A stretch of 64,000 nt of DNA from the human T2T-CHM13v2.0 reference genome, Homo sapiens. Below are positions 1-14,269 of this stretch, piece by piece. Both the position numbers and the translations under genes were made by a program. Each line of letters opens with the position of its first letter. Position 1 is the stretch's first letter. The stretch lies in NCBI RefSeq assembly GCF_009914755.1, contig NC_060926.1; one strand, written 5' to 3'. Under the pieces are notes generated by a model that was not told the DNA's origin, searched no databases, and was given only the letters and a program-made list of their open reading frames with translations.

Positions 1-204
1 TTCCAGGTCACAGATAAGTGAGACACAAACCGTTGCATTCTTTTGAGTTTCCAATTAGCCTTTTCAAAGAAGGCAATCAGATATGCATCCACCTCAGTGA
101 GCAGAGGGATAACTGAATAGAATGGGAGGCAAGTTGGCCCTCTGCAGTTTCCAGCTTGAGTTTTCCTTAGTGATTTTGGGGGCCCAAGATATTTTCCTTT
201 CACA
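1..204 (-). mobile_element. MER4A-like ERV1 LTR (5' part, truncated by window edge)
   Basis: Reverse complement begins TGTGAAAGGAAAATATCTTGGGCCCCCAAAATCACTAAGG...AAGCTGGAAACTGC..., matching the recalled MER4A start. Confidence 0.75.
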
Positions 205-1508
205 CTTCCCTTCTACTTTCTATAGAAGGAAGTTGACTTAGGTTGGGATCCCTGGGACCAGACTTTGGAATGGAGAAATGCAAGCAGAAGCTTCAGTGAG
301 ACTAAGGAAATGAAGAAGGCAGGAACGGGCAGAGAGAGAGGCTGGCTGGAAACCTGATGGCCCCTGCAGCCTCTGTCTTTCCTGTGGTGAGCTCTGGAGC
401 TAAGAGCACCTTTCAGAGTTTTCCCAAAGGAAGACAAGGGGGGCAGGACTTTGTATCCCCACCCTATCCAGTCATTGGCCATAGACCGTCTGCACAGAAA
501 GGGGATGACTTTGGGTGAGGCAGTTGTCTGTGGCTGAGAACAGTGTCCACGGAGGAGCACAGCTATGAGCTGTAAGCAGTCGGTATTCTCAGCAGCCAGG
601 GAATGGGTATATTCACCCTAAAGTAGGGAACTGGGTGGCGCACCTCGATATTCACTGCAGTCCACCCCTTGGTCCACTCAGACTTATCTGTGTCATATCA
701 TAAATTTGATCCATCTGGGAACAGTTTCTTCAGGATTCTGGTTGGTCTTGGTTTCTGGGGAACTTAAGAGTTCGTGAGACAAACTCTAGCTCCTGCTACT
801 GCATTTGACCTTGAGGTCATAACTGAAACTCTCATTTCCTGTCCACCACCCATTTGAGATTCTGCTCACCCTCAGCTGATGCCTCTGCCAAGCTGGGTGG
901 CTCAGCTGGTGGAGTGATACAAACTCTCATATCTGAGGATTGGAGCAGCACAGTATTAAGTATAGAATTTCTGTTTTGCCCCCACAAAGGGAACAACATG
1001 GACTTAACACTTTCCCTCTCTTCCTCACCACCTCCTGACTTTCTCTTGCCCATTGTGAGGAGTAACTCATATAAATGGAAAGTCTAGGGAGAGGCTGACA
1101 TTCGTTGGACCATCTTAACCATAACCTCTGCCTTGAAAGTCACTTGATGCTGGACCATCTCTATCTTTTTAACCCTATCACCATCCTGGACCTGTCTACA
1201 GTCCCAGAACCGTAGATGTTACCACTTCTAGTCTGATGCACATTGCAGTTAGGCTAAGCCTTGATATGCTGGAGTAAAAACACCAAAATTTCAGCAGCTT
1301 AAAAAAAGTTTATTTCTCCCTCTCCAAAGGCTGCTTTGTGTCTGGGAATCTCTCCGACATTACTGCTCCAGATCCCAGGCTGCTTCATTCTTGTGACATC
1401 TCCACCAAGCACAAGACTCAAAGGTTCACCACAACAGGAGAAGAGAGTGTTAGAGAGCTGCGAGGTGTCAGGTGGTCAATTAAGACAATGCACCAAACTG
1501 AAAGTAAC

Positions 1509-1880
1509 AATACTATGCAGCCATAAAAAATGATGAGTTCATGTCCTTTGTAGGGACATGGATGAAGCTGGAAACCATCATTCTCAGCAAACTATCGCAA
1601 GGACAAAAAACCAAACACCGCATGTTCTCACTCGTAGGTGGGAATTGAACAATGAGAACACATTGACACAGGAAGCGGAACATCACTCACTGGGACCTGT
1701 TGTGGGGTGGGGGGAGGGGAGAGGGATAGCATTAGGAAATATACCTAATGTTAAATGACGAGTTAATGGGTGCAGCAAACCATCATGGCACATATATACA
1801 TATGTAACTAACCTGCACGTTGTGCACATGTACCCTAAAACTTAAAGTATAATAAAAAAATAAAAATAAAAAAATAATAA
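1509..1880 (+). mobile_element. L1PA (young primate LINE-1) 5'-truncated 3' end
   Basis: tactatgcagccataaaaaatgatgagttcatgtcc...G-rich tract...gtaccctaaaacttaaagtataataaa followed by A-rich tail. Confidence 0.95.
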
Positions 1881-2250
1881 AGATGCCAATTCTCCCCCCC
1901 AAAAAACAAAAAACAATTAAGCCTTTATTTACTTGCTGTGATATGACTCTTGTGTGCAGCAAAAGGTGCCTGATCCCACAGCCTTCCATTTTGCCCCAGG
2001 GAACAGGGTCAGATGACATGCAACCCAGATTGAGGGGAAGTGGAGAGCCTCTCTGGACAAAAGCCTCCTGTCATTTTTGGGTCTTGGGGGCTGGGAGGAG
2101 AAGGAGGAGAGGCTAGAAGTGGGAAAACACTGAGTCAGAGTAAACTGCTTTTAATCCCCCACCCCTTTTTGGAGGCCTCCAAATGGGAGGCTCCTAGACT
2201 ACAAATGCAAACATGCATAACAGCTCTAATTGGGGGTTGAGGAACCTTAG

Positions 2251-2550
<300 letters not shown>

Positions 2551-3803
2551 GGGAGCCTTATTCCTTAAATACAACTTCCTCCAGAGACTGCAATGCACCG
2601 GCCATGCACTATGCCTGGTGTGAGGAGGACAGCCTCACCTACCTTCAATAAGGCCTACCAGGTAAAGCTTTTGTAGTTGCCTATGTTTCAGCCTATCTAT
2701 CACACTTAGGATTTTGGCCTCAGCCCAGAAGTGACCATTTCAATTCCTGCTACAGCCTATTGGCCAGAGCTAGTCTCATGGTTCCGCCTGACTTCAAAGA
2801 GGGCTGAGAAATGTGGTCTTCCATGTGTTAAGGAGGAGATGGAAAATGGAAATATTGATGAACACTAGTAATGTCTGCCCCAGTGCAGGAAGCAGACTTT
2901 TTGGGCCTGGCCAGCAATCCATATTTGCTATTCTAATTTCTCCTTTGGCAACTGAGCCAGGAGGTCAGAGTCCTATGAGTCTAGAACCCTAGATTTAAGA
3001 CAGGGGAGGTGCTGTGGAATTCATCAGACAAAGGTTTATTATTTTAACAAACAGAACCTGCATTTTAATCCCCACTTGGCTCTTTATGTTGAGCCTCATT
3101 TGGTTAGAACTCATGAGAGAGGCAGGCAAGCAGCTGCCTCCTCCAAACCACTGACACCTGGCAACATGTAGTGTTCGCCACCATTGAAGGGGGAAAGGCG
3201 TCCACCCTGCCCAAGGCAAGGGTGTGCTTTGTGTTTAAGGATTAGCAGATCACAGAAGTAACCCACAGAATTCTGAAAAGAAACTGAAGCTGCTTAATAG
3301 CAAACTGTCATCCTCGCAGCTCACCGTGTCCCCATTATGCCTCCTGCACAGGAAGAGCAGAAGTGTTGACACTGAACTCATCCAACAACCTCGAGACATA
3401 TAATCCCTTTGACAAATTCCTGAAAGACGCTCTGGAGAAATAACTCAGCTTCCAATGTAATTAGACATAAAGGAGGAAATCAGGAGACATTGATGTGGAG
3501 GGGATTGAGTTGATTGCAAAACCCCTTTGCTGAGAGAAATACCTACGTAAATCAATTGAATGGGAATGATTTTGCCCTTGTTACACATACTGGGGACAAA
3601 AGCATCATTTGAGTTCTTATGGAGCCATATTTTCTTTCTTCATCCTTTTCTATTTTTATCTTTTGCTTTGAATTCTTCGTTTTTTTCCTTTCGGCAGCAG
3701 GATACAGCCATATTTCCTTTGCAGGAAAACTTGCTTTTTATGATTCAAAATATTAGGGTAGCAACTATATTTAAAAAAATCTATATGTAGACAAATTCCT
3801 TGA

Positions 3804-4259
<456 letters not shown>

Positions 4260-4747
4260 TAAATCCAGTTTTTATGTTAATTTCTTTCCCTAGAACCCTG
4301 AATTAAGTGGGTGGTCATATCAGACCATGCAGCAGCCCTATGGAACAGAATTAGAGTTTCAGTTTGTCACAGGATACTATTTCTTCCCCAGGTAGACAGT
4401 TCATTTTCTTGTCACTTCTCCAATCTGGTGTGCAAAGATTTTCTGTCCTCTTTTCACAGATGGACTGTATCACAGCTCCACCTTGGAGCCTTTTTCCCTG
4501 CTCCCCAGTGGACATTAAATCCCCAGTCCCTAGAGTCTACATCCAGAGAGGGTCCCTGGAAAATCAGCTTCCCCTAGCGCTTCCCCTTTGGCTTTGCATT
4601 TCTTCTTAATCTCTGAAAAGTCATTTCTTTCAAACTCAAATAAGTATTTATTGTAATTGAACCGGTATTTCAATTACTTGTAGTGAGAAGAGTTTCTACG
4701 CCCATTCAGTCTTCCTTCTTACTGAAATTGCAACTGTAGGTAACATT

Positions 4748-5124
4748 TGTGTTGTGGATTGAATGTTTACATTCCTCAAAATTCGTATGTTAAATCTGTA
4801 ATCTTCAATTTGACTATATTTGAAGATAAGGCCTTTAGAAAGTAATTAAAGTTTAATATGGTAATTACAGTGAGGGGCCCAATTCTGACAGGATTAGTGT
4901 CCTTATAAGAGGAGAGACCAAAAAGCTCACTCTCTCTCTCTCCACACCCACGCACGGAGGCAAGGACATGTGAGGACATAGTGAGAGGTGGCCATCTGGA
5001 AGCCAGAAACTAAATCGTTTCATATGCTGATCTCGAACTTCCCAGTCTCCAGAACTGTGAGAAAATAAATTGGTTATTTAAGCCACCCAGTGTTTTGTTA
5101 TGGCTGCCTAAATAGACTAAGACC
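4748..5124 (+). mobile_element. MaLR LTR (MLT1A/MST-like)
   Basis: tgtggattgaatgttt...ccagtctccagaactgtgagaaaataaa...gactaagac, typical MaLR LTR layout. Confidence 0.75.
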
Positions 5125-7262
5125 AATTATTTTGACCGCTTTTCTACCCTCTCAAATTTTCTTCAATGAGAATGCATTGCTTCTGTGAAGGTTCTAAGTT
5201 CTGTTCAGTAAATATTTCTGGCTCTCTGCCTTCTGAGCACACTTGGAGTTGCACTCCGCTATCTTGAAGTTAGGGCATGGCCAGGAGACCATCTGGCCAA
5301 TGAAAAGGACCAGGTCATAATTCATCTCATTCCTTTCCTCCAGTGGGGCAATCCTGAAAGTACATGATGTTGACACAAAGTTTCCATCATCCAGGGTCTT
5401 TGAGTGACTGCCCATTAGCAGAGACTTCCTGCCTGACAGACATTGATTGAAAAATAGATACATGATTGCTGCAGTTATTTGTTACCACAGCATGGCCTGG
5501 CCTACCCTGACTAATATACTTTCTAAATCACAAAGAAATAAATTTGTAAACCTTTTAAAATTTAAATAACATCTGCTTTTAGATAGAATTAGACTGTACT
5601 TAGAACAAATTAAGCCATGTTTGTTATCATCTACCTCGTGAGGAAAAAGTGCAATAAAATATACCCCCGCCCAAACATGCATTATGCTGCTTTGTCTTCC
5701 ATTGTTGATAATATTCTTTTGAGCTCAAGTATCTCTATTTCTATCCACGCTCTTCCTAAATGATCATAAGGATAACTCATTAAGAAATTTTTAATCAAGA
5801 GTAGCTTAACATGAATACTGCATGAGCTCCATTATTGCTAGATTACTGAGTTGCTGAAGGACAAGGACACAGGAAAAGCCACTGAGTAAGTTGCCATAGT
5901 AGAGGGTTTGGGACAATTAAGTAGTGAATCTTCTCTGAATAAAAAATGAAAGGTGATTTAAAAACAAGGTCAAAATGTCTTCACAACATTAATCAAGGAA
6001 GACTCTAAGACTGTTCAAAAAGAATGTAGTGAATTTTTTTTTCTATGGGAAATTACTTGTCCTATTTATGCATCTTACAAATCAGAAAATTCTAGAGGAA
6101 CAAATAGAGTGTAAGATGTGCCGCTTAGAAGGAGGCAGCCAAGAAGCAGTGGGAAGATGCAAATATTTGCTGTATGTCATAAGGAACAATTACAGGCCCC
6201 TCATCAGAAATGCAACACAACTTCCCTCTGAACTCAGTAGTCCTCATTTTACATAAAGTATGAATAAAACATTGGGCCCTATTTCCAGAACAACCTGTTA
6301 TAAAAATGGCATCAGTGAAAGAAATGGGGAAGGCAGGAGCAGTCAGGCAGTTATGCTATGAATGTCATAGCACAAATTTTTCCATTAAAAGTAAATCCCC
6401 CACATAAAAATGCTCCACTTCACAGTAACTATTCTGTGTTGTAGCTCCTGTGAATCAAGCTTGGGCTATAAATGCATAAGAGTGGACAACAGTGTGACTT
6501 GCTAATTGCCACCTTCTCCAATTGGCATGGAGCCTGGTAGAAAAAAATACTATTTGCAGCTCCCTATTAAAAGCAAATCTCCCCATAGATGTTCTCTGGA
6601 ATATACCATTTTTCTTCTTTATTTCCAAAACATATGGAAGGTGACAAGATACTCTTGCCTCACCCACTTCTGCTGACAGGATTCTATATTAATTCCTTGG
6701 TAGGGATACTCACAGAAATAGAGAGCACATGGAGCCACAAAAATGACAATATTAGGAAAATGCTGAAGCATCTGAATAAGTTTAGGTCGGCCCCTTTCTT
6801 CAGGCTTTTCATTTTTCTCACTCAGCTGCTTCTAAGGCATTGTTTCGTTGACTTCTTTGTGACTTCCAGACCCAATGTCCTCTGCTTTCCTGCAGGGTCC
6901 AGCCCGCTCCTGTCATCAAGCTTGGGCTATTTCCTTCCCTCTCCAACTTAGACCACAGGATCCACCCCGCAAGCAAGATCCAGCCAATATCCTCAAGTAG
7001 AATTGACACATTCGATGAGGACATTGGAAAGATAGTGGCACAAAGAGCACCGAGGACGTTGATACATCGGCTCAAAAGGCATAAAGAGTAAGGAAAGGAG
7101 ATTTTCTCATGTAACAAGAAGGGCACTGGGTCAATCAATGATATTATCAAGGGCAGACTTCCATTTCATTCCTGAATTCTTCTGTGTCACCTTGTCTTTA
7201 GGCTAGTTCACCAAGCATCGCCTGCAGACAGGACAGCCTCCCAAGGTAGAAAATAAACCATC

Positions 7263-7579
<317 letters not shown>

Positions 7580-8625
7580 AAACCATATCTTTCTTAAATA
7601 TTTTTTAGAAGTAAGAAAATATTTCCCTCTTTGTGGAATCCCCCTCATTGCCTGGAATTACATCACATGCTCATGCTCTTGCCCAAATTAGTCACTGGTG
7701 AAAGAAACATCATGATTGGCTTAGACTGATAAGTATCAGGGCCATCCTCCCCTGAAGTAGGTGTCTAATCTGAGAAGAGTAGTTACTAAACAAAAACCGC
7801 GTTCCATTAGAAGGGAGGAAGGGACAAGAGTGGTGTGTGGTGTAAGTAATCAATCATGCAATTCTAGTTCAGTCCAACAATCTGCCTTTCCTCCAGGCTG
7901 GCCATCGGCCTCTGCTGGCAAAATCTTGGAGCATGTATGACGGGTGCTCACTAATGACAGTCTGACACACAGGACCTTATCACCTCCTAGTCCTGTATCC
8001 TACTCCGTTCCCCAGAGGGGGTGTTTTAAACTTCTGTGTTGCTTCATCCCCTTTCACTCACATCCACTCCCTGAAAAATTGTCTCACCTCCCACCTCACA
8101 AGGAAAATGGGTGATATCAGACAAGAGCTCCATTGATTTTCTAAAGCAGCTCTACAAATGTACCCACTCGAACCCAGCCTGCTCCTTCTTTCCTGTCACA
8201 ATGGAAAAGCTGTTTCTTATCCTAAATCCACAGTAAATCCATTTACCTCTAATATGGACCCTATTCTTTCTCCCTTTTCTGGAGCCCTTCTGTCAGTAGG
8301 CGCCCTCTATACTCTATTTTCAATCTCTCGTTCACTGCCTGCTTAATTCTAACAGCAAGGGATTCCATCAACATGCTCAACTCCAGCCAATTTTTTTTAA
8401 AGAATAAATCCCTCCTTTATTCCATATCCCTACCAACTCTCACACTATCTCTGTTCTCCCCTTCACAGGCAAACTTCTTGAAAGAGTAGTCTCCACTTCC
8501 TGTCTCTTCTTCCTTGCTTCCACTCACACCCTAAACCATTGCAATCTGGCATCTATGCCCATCTTTTCACAAAAGCACCCTCACAGTGCTCCTAATGACC
8601 CCCTCACCCTTAACCCAAGCTCACT

Positions 8626-8978
8626 CTGTGGCTGGTCTGAATGTCTGTGTCCCCCACCAAGATCCATATGCTGAAACTTCAATCCTCAATGAGACCAGAG
8701 GTGTGGCCTTTGGGAAGCAATTAGGTGACCAGGCCTCCAACCTCACCAATGGGGTTAATGTTTTTATCAAAGAGGCCTGAGGGAGCTTGTTTGCCCCTTC
8801 AGCCATTTGAGGACACAGAGAAGGGGCCATCTAGGAGACACAGGCCTTCACCAGACACCGAATCTGCTGGCCCCTTGATCTTGGACTTCCCAGCCTGCGG
8901 AACTGAGCAATAAATTCTGTGGCTTATAAATTACTCAGTCTAAGGTATTTTGTTGTAGCAGCTGAATGGACTAAGACA
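8626..8978 (+). mobile_element. MaLR LTR (MLT1A0-like) within L2 relic
   Basis: ggtctgaatgtctgtgtccccc...ccttgatcttggacttcccagcct...tggactaagaca. Confidence 0.8.
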
Positions 8979-9040
8979 ACCTCTTAGAGGCACTGGGCAT
9001 GTTATTGTTCACCTCTCCTCAGGGAAATGCTACCTTTGTA

Positions 9041-9274
9041 TTTTTTTTTTTTTTTTCTGAGACAGAGTTTCGCTCTTGTTGCCCAGGCTGCTGGAGTGCA
9101 ATAGCGCAATCTCAGCTCACCTCAACCTCCGCCTCCTATTTTTTTTGTATTTTTAGTAGAGACAGGGTTTCTCCATGGTGGTCAGGGTGGTCTCGAACTC
9201 TCAACCTCAGATGATCTGCCCGCCTTGGCCTCCCAAAGTGCTGGGATTACGGGCATGAGCCACTGCACCCAGCC
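9041..9274 (-). mobile_element. Alu with internal deletion
   Basis: acctccgcctcc is joined directly to the middle T-rich linker; about 75 bp of consensus missing. Confidence 0.9.
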
Positions 9275-9449
9275 CACTTTTGTATTTTACAACACCACAC
9301 ACCTTCACTTCCTTCCTGCTTCTCAGATTCTTTCTTTATCCTCTGCCCATTCTTTTAGTATTGGAAGGTCGCAAGCTCTGTGCAGGACCCTCTTTTCATT
9401 ATTCATGCAAACTTCCTGAGAGATATAAATTTTTCCCATGCCTTCAGTG

Positions 9450-9700
9450 ATTGTCTGGGTGGCAGGGAAATAGGTGCACTGTGGAATAAAACCATCTGGG
9501 CTCAATCCCAGATTTTACCACTAACCACTAACTATGTACCTTGGGCAAGTGACTTAATTTCTGTAAGCCTCAATTTCCACATCTGTATTGAGGAATAATA
9601 ATATCTACCTCACAGGACTGTTGTGAGGAAAGAGTAATGAATATAAAGCAATTAATGCCTGTATGTAGTAAGCCTTCAAATGTTAATTTTTATTAATAAT
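9450..9700 (+). mobile_element. MIR
   Basis: ccttgggcaagtgacttaatttctgtaagcctcaatttccacatctgt MIR core. Confidence 0.75.
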
Positions 9701-10588
9701 TTTATTATACTAATGACTTTCAAACCTGTTTGGTCAAAATCCCTTCGAGACTCAGGAGCCTCTATCCAACCGGATATTCAGTAACTCACCTTGATGTCAC
9801 ATGGACCACTCAAACTCAAGAAATTAATAATTAAAAGGATCATTCCCCCTCCCTTTGCCAAGCGTGTTCCTCTCTCTGAGTTCCCTGTCTGTAAGAAGGG
9901 CAACCCCATCCATGTGACTGTCCAAGCTAGAGGCAAAGGATGCATCCCTGTGCCCCGCTTCTCTATGACCAGTTCCAAATACTCTGCAATCTACCTCCTG
10001 ACTCCTCCCAAACACATCCAATCATCATGCCACCACTCTGGTTCAGACCATTCTCTCTTGCCTGTATGACTGCTGCAGAGTCAGTGACCCTGAATGACTG
10101 TTCATTGTTCCATCTCGCTCTGAGCAGTTCTTACCTCCCCTTCCTTCCTTCCCTCTCCATGTCCTCCCCTCACCTTCCAACTTTTATAGAGTGTTTTCTT
10201 TCTCAAGTGTATGGTGCTTTTTATGGCCCCCTCATCTGGCCTGCCACTCTTTGCCTTCCCCACACCCTGTCTCATGCCGAGTCTTACTTCAAACCTCCCC
10301 TTGCATCTCATGACCTTAGCTGTGGTTCCTCACTCCCACCCCCTGCACACACACTGCAGAGATGACCTGCCTTGTGCTGTCAAACGGCCCTGTGCTCCTC
10401 CCCTTTCTAGGGCTTGGATCTCTTCCTCACTGGGAAACAGCAGCGAAGACAAAGTCTTTCTTCACCTTGCAATTTCCAGCATCTCCCACCAGGCTGGGCA
10501 ATTCAGGGTAATTATTCAATGGGTGAGTGGATTTCTTTTCACCTTTTCTTTGGTTTTCCTTCTGCCTCCTTTCCATCCCTCCCACCTA

Positions 10589-10990
<402 letters not shown>

Positions 10991-11029
10991 TCAGGCTGCA
11001 CTAGAAACATCAGGGAAGGCTTTTAAAAT

Positions 11030-11072
11030 TGTATGTGTATGCGCGCGTGTGTGTGTGTGTGTGTGTGTGTGC
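11030..11072. repeat. (TG)n/(CG)n alternating purine-pyrimidine microsatellite
   Basis: tgtatgtgtatgcgcgcgtgtgtgtg...gtgc. Confidence 0.9.
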
Positions 11073-11187
11073 ACAGACGGGGTCTCCCTACGTTGCCCAG
11101 ACTGGTCTCAAACTCCAACCTCAAGTGATCCTCCAGCCTTAGCTTGGAAAAGTGCTGGGATTATAGGTATGAGCCACCTTCCTGGCC
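11073..11187 (-). mobile_element. Alu monomer (FLAM/left-arm like)
   Basis: agacggggtctccctacgttgcccag...gagccaccttcctggcc. Confidence 0.85.
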
Positions 11188-13571
11188 ACCAGGGAAGCTT
11201 TTACAAACATGGTTTCCTGGTTTTGTTTATAAACCTACCAAATCAGAACCTACAGGACGTTAGATTTTTTTAAAACATCCCAGGTGATTTTGATAATCAG
11301 CTTGTGCTGAGAACCCCTGCTGTCTATAATCCCCAAAAATTATGGCTTACAGATAAATGTTTCTAGATGAAGAATTGCTTAATCAGACTGACTAATCCCG
11401 CGTGATGTACTAATGAATTACTATGACATCCTTCCTAGGGAATCTAAAACAACATGGTGCCTTATTCTAATTAAAGCCACTGTCTCTAAAAGCCCCTTTA
11501 GATCTGAATTTACTGGAGAGGGTTTTAGGCAGATTGGTGGGAGATGTTTCACCTAATAACTTTATCTAAGTAATTGTGATGTCCTCATTTCTGGGCCAGC
11601 CAGTCAGAAATAGAGATACAAAAGGTGTGGAGTTTACAACCTAGTGAAACAAGTACTTACATACATGGGTATTATGCTGTAAGGTGAAAAGGCCAAAAGA
11701 GGCATAAAACAGCAGTGAAACATAGAAGAAGTGCTATTGAAGCTAAGCCTTGAAAGGAAGGCACCTCTTAGAATGTGGATTTGGCTGGGGTAAGGAGGAT
11801 TCCAGGCAATAAGAAGGGCATGAGCAAAGGTCAGGGCAATGAGAAAACATGTCCAAACCTAAAAATATTTGGTGTTCCTGAAGAAGAAGAAAAATCTAAA
11901 AGTTTGAAAAACATATTTGAGGGAATAATTGAGGAAAACTACCAGCCTTGGTAGAGATATAGACATTCAAATACAAGAAGCTCAAAGAACACCTCGGAAA
12001 TTCATTGCAAAAAGATCATCACCTAGGCACGTAGTCATCAGGTTATCTAAAGTCAAGACGAAGGAAAGAATCTTAAGAGCTGTGAGGCAAAAGCATCAGA
12101 TAACTTATAAAGGAAAACCTATCAGATTAACAGTAGATTTCTAAGCAGAAACCCTACAAGATAGAAGAGACTAGGATCCTATTTTTATCCTCCCTAAAGA
12201 AAACAATTATCAGCCAAAAATTTTGTATCCAGCAAAACTAAGCTTCATAAATGAAGGAAAGACACAGTCCTTTCCAGACAAACAAATGCTAAGAGAATTT
12301 GCCACTACCAAGCTAGCACTACAAGGACTGCTAAAAGGAGCTCTAAATCTTGAAATAAATCCTTGAAATACACCAAAAGAACCTCCTTAAAGCGTAAATC
12401 TCACAGGACCTACATAACAATAACACAATGATAAAAAAAGAAACTAGGTATTCGGGCAACAAATAGCATGATGAATAGAATAGTACCTCACATCTGTACA
12501 CTAATGTTGAATGTAAATGGCCTAAATGGTCCACTTAAAAGATGCAGAATGGCAGAATGGAAAGGAATTCACCAATCAAGTTTTTGCTGTCTTCAGGAGA
12601 CTCACCTAACACATAAGGACTCACATAAACTAAGGTAAAGGAGTAGAAAAAGATATTCCATGCAAATGGACATCAAAAGTGAGCAGGAGCAGCTATTCTT
12701 TTATCAGACAGAAAAAACTTTAAAGTAACAGCAGTTAAAAAATACAAACTAGTCCAACAGGAAAATATCACAATCCTAAATATATGTGCACCTAACACTG
12801 GAGCTCCCAAATTTATAAAACAATTACTACTAGACATAAGACATAAAATAGATGGAAACACAGTGATAGTGGGGGACTTTAATACTCCACTTACAACACT
12901 AGACAAGTCATCAAGACAGAAAGTCAACAAAGAAACAATGGACTTAAATTATACCCTAAAACAAATGGACTTAACAGATATTTACAGAACATTCTACCTA
13001 ACAACTGCAGAATATACATTCTGTTCATCAGCACATGGAACATTCTCCAAGACAGACCATATTATAGACCACAAAAAAAGTCTCAGTAAATTTAAGAAAA
13101 TCAAAATTATATCAAGTACTCTCTCAGACCACAGTGGAATAAAATTAGAAATCAACTCTAAAATGAACCCTCAAAACCATGCAAATACATGGAAATTAAA
13201 TAAGCTGCTCCTGAATGATGGTTGAGTCTACAGTGAAATCAAGAAGGAAATTAAAAAATTCTTTGAACTGAGTGATAATAGTGACACCACCTGTCAAAAC
13301 CTCTTGGATACACCAAAAGCAGTGCTAAGAGGAGAGTCCATAACATTAAATGCCTACATCAAAAAGTCTGAAAGAGCACAAATAGACAATCTAAGGTCAC
13401 ACCTTACAAAACTGGATAAACAAGAACAACTAAAACCCAAAGCCAGCAGAAGAAAATAAATAATGAAGACTAGAGCAGAACTAAATGAAACTGAAACAAA
13501 CAAAAAAATACAAAAGATAAATGAAACAAAAAGCTGGTTATTTGAAAAGATAAGTAAAATTGATAGACCAG

Positions 13572-13697
13572 GGCCTGGCATGGTGGCTAACACCTGTAAT
13601 CCCAGCACTTTGGGAGGCCAAGGCAGGAGGACAGCTTGAGCCCAGGAGTTCATGATCAGCCTGGACAACATAGTAAGACCCCACCTCAAAAAAAAAA
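13572..13697 (+). mobile_element. FLAM-like Alu monomer nested in L1 ORF2
   Basis: Monomer plus A tail; TSD ttgatagacca on both sides. Confidence 0.9.
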
Positions 13698-13837
13698 GTT
13701 GATAGACCATTAGTGAGATTGGCCAAGAAAAGAAGAAAGAAGATCCAAATAAGCTCAATTAGAAATAAAATGGGAGATATTACAACTGATACCACAGAAA
13801 TACAAAAGATCATTCAAGGCTCCAATAGGCACCTTTA

Positions 13838-14269
<432 letters not shown>

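Noticed and set aside
250-1200. Possible MaLR/ERVL internal-region relic
   Set aside because: Resemblance only impressionistic; cannot assign family or boundaries without a profile search.
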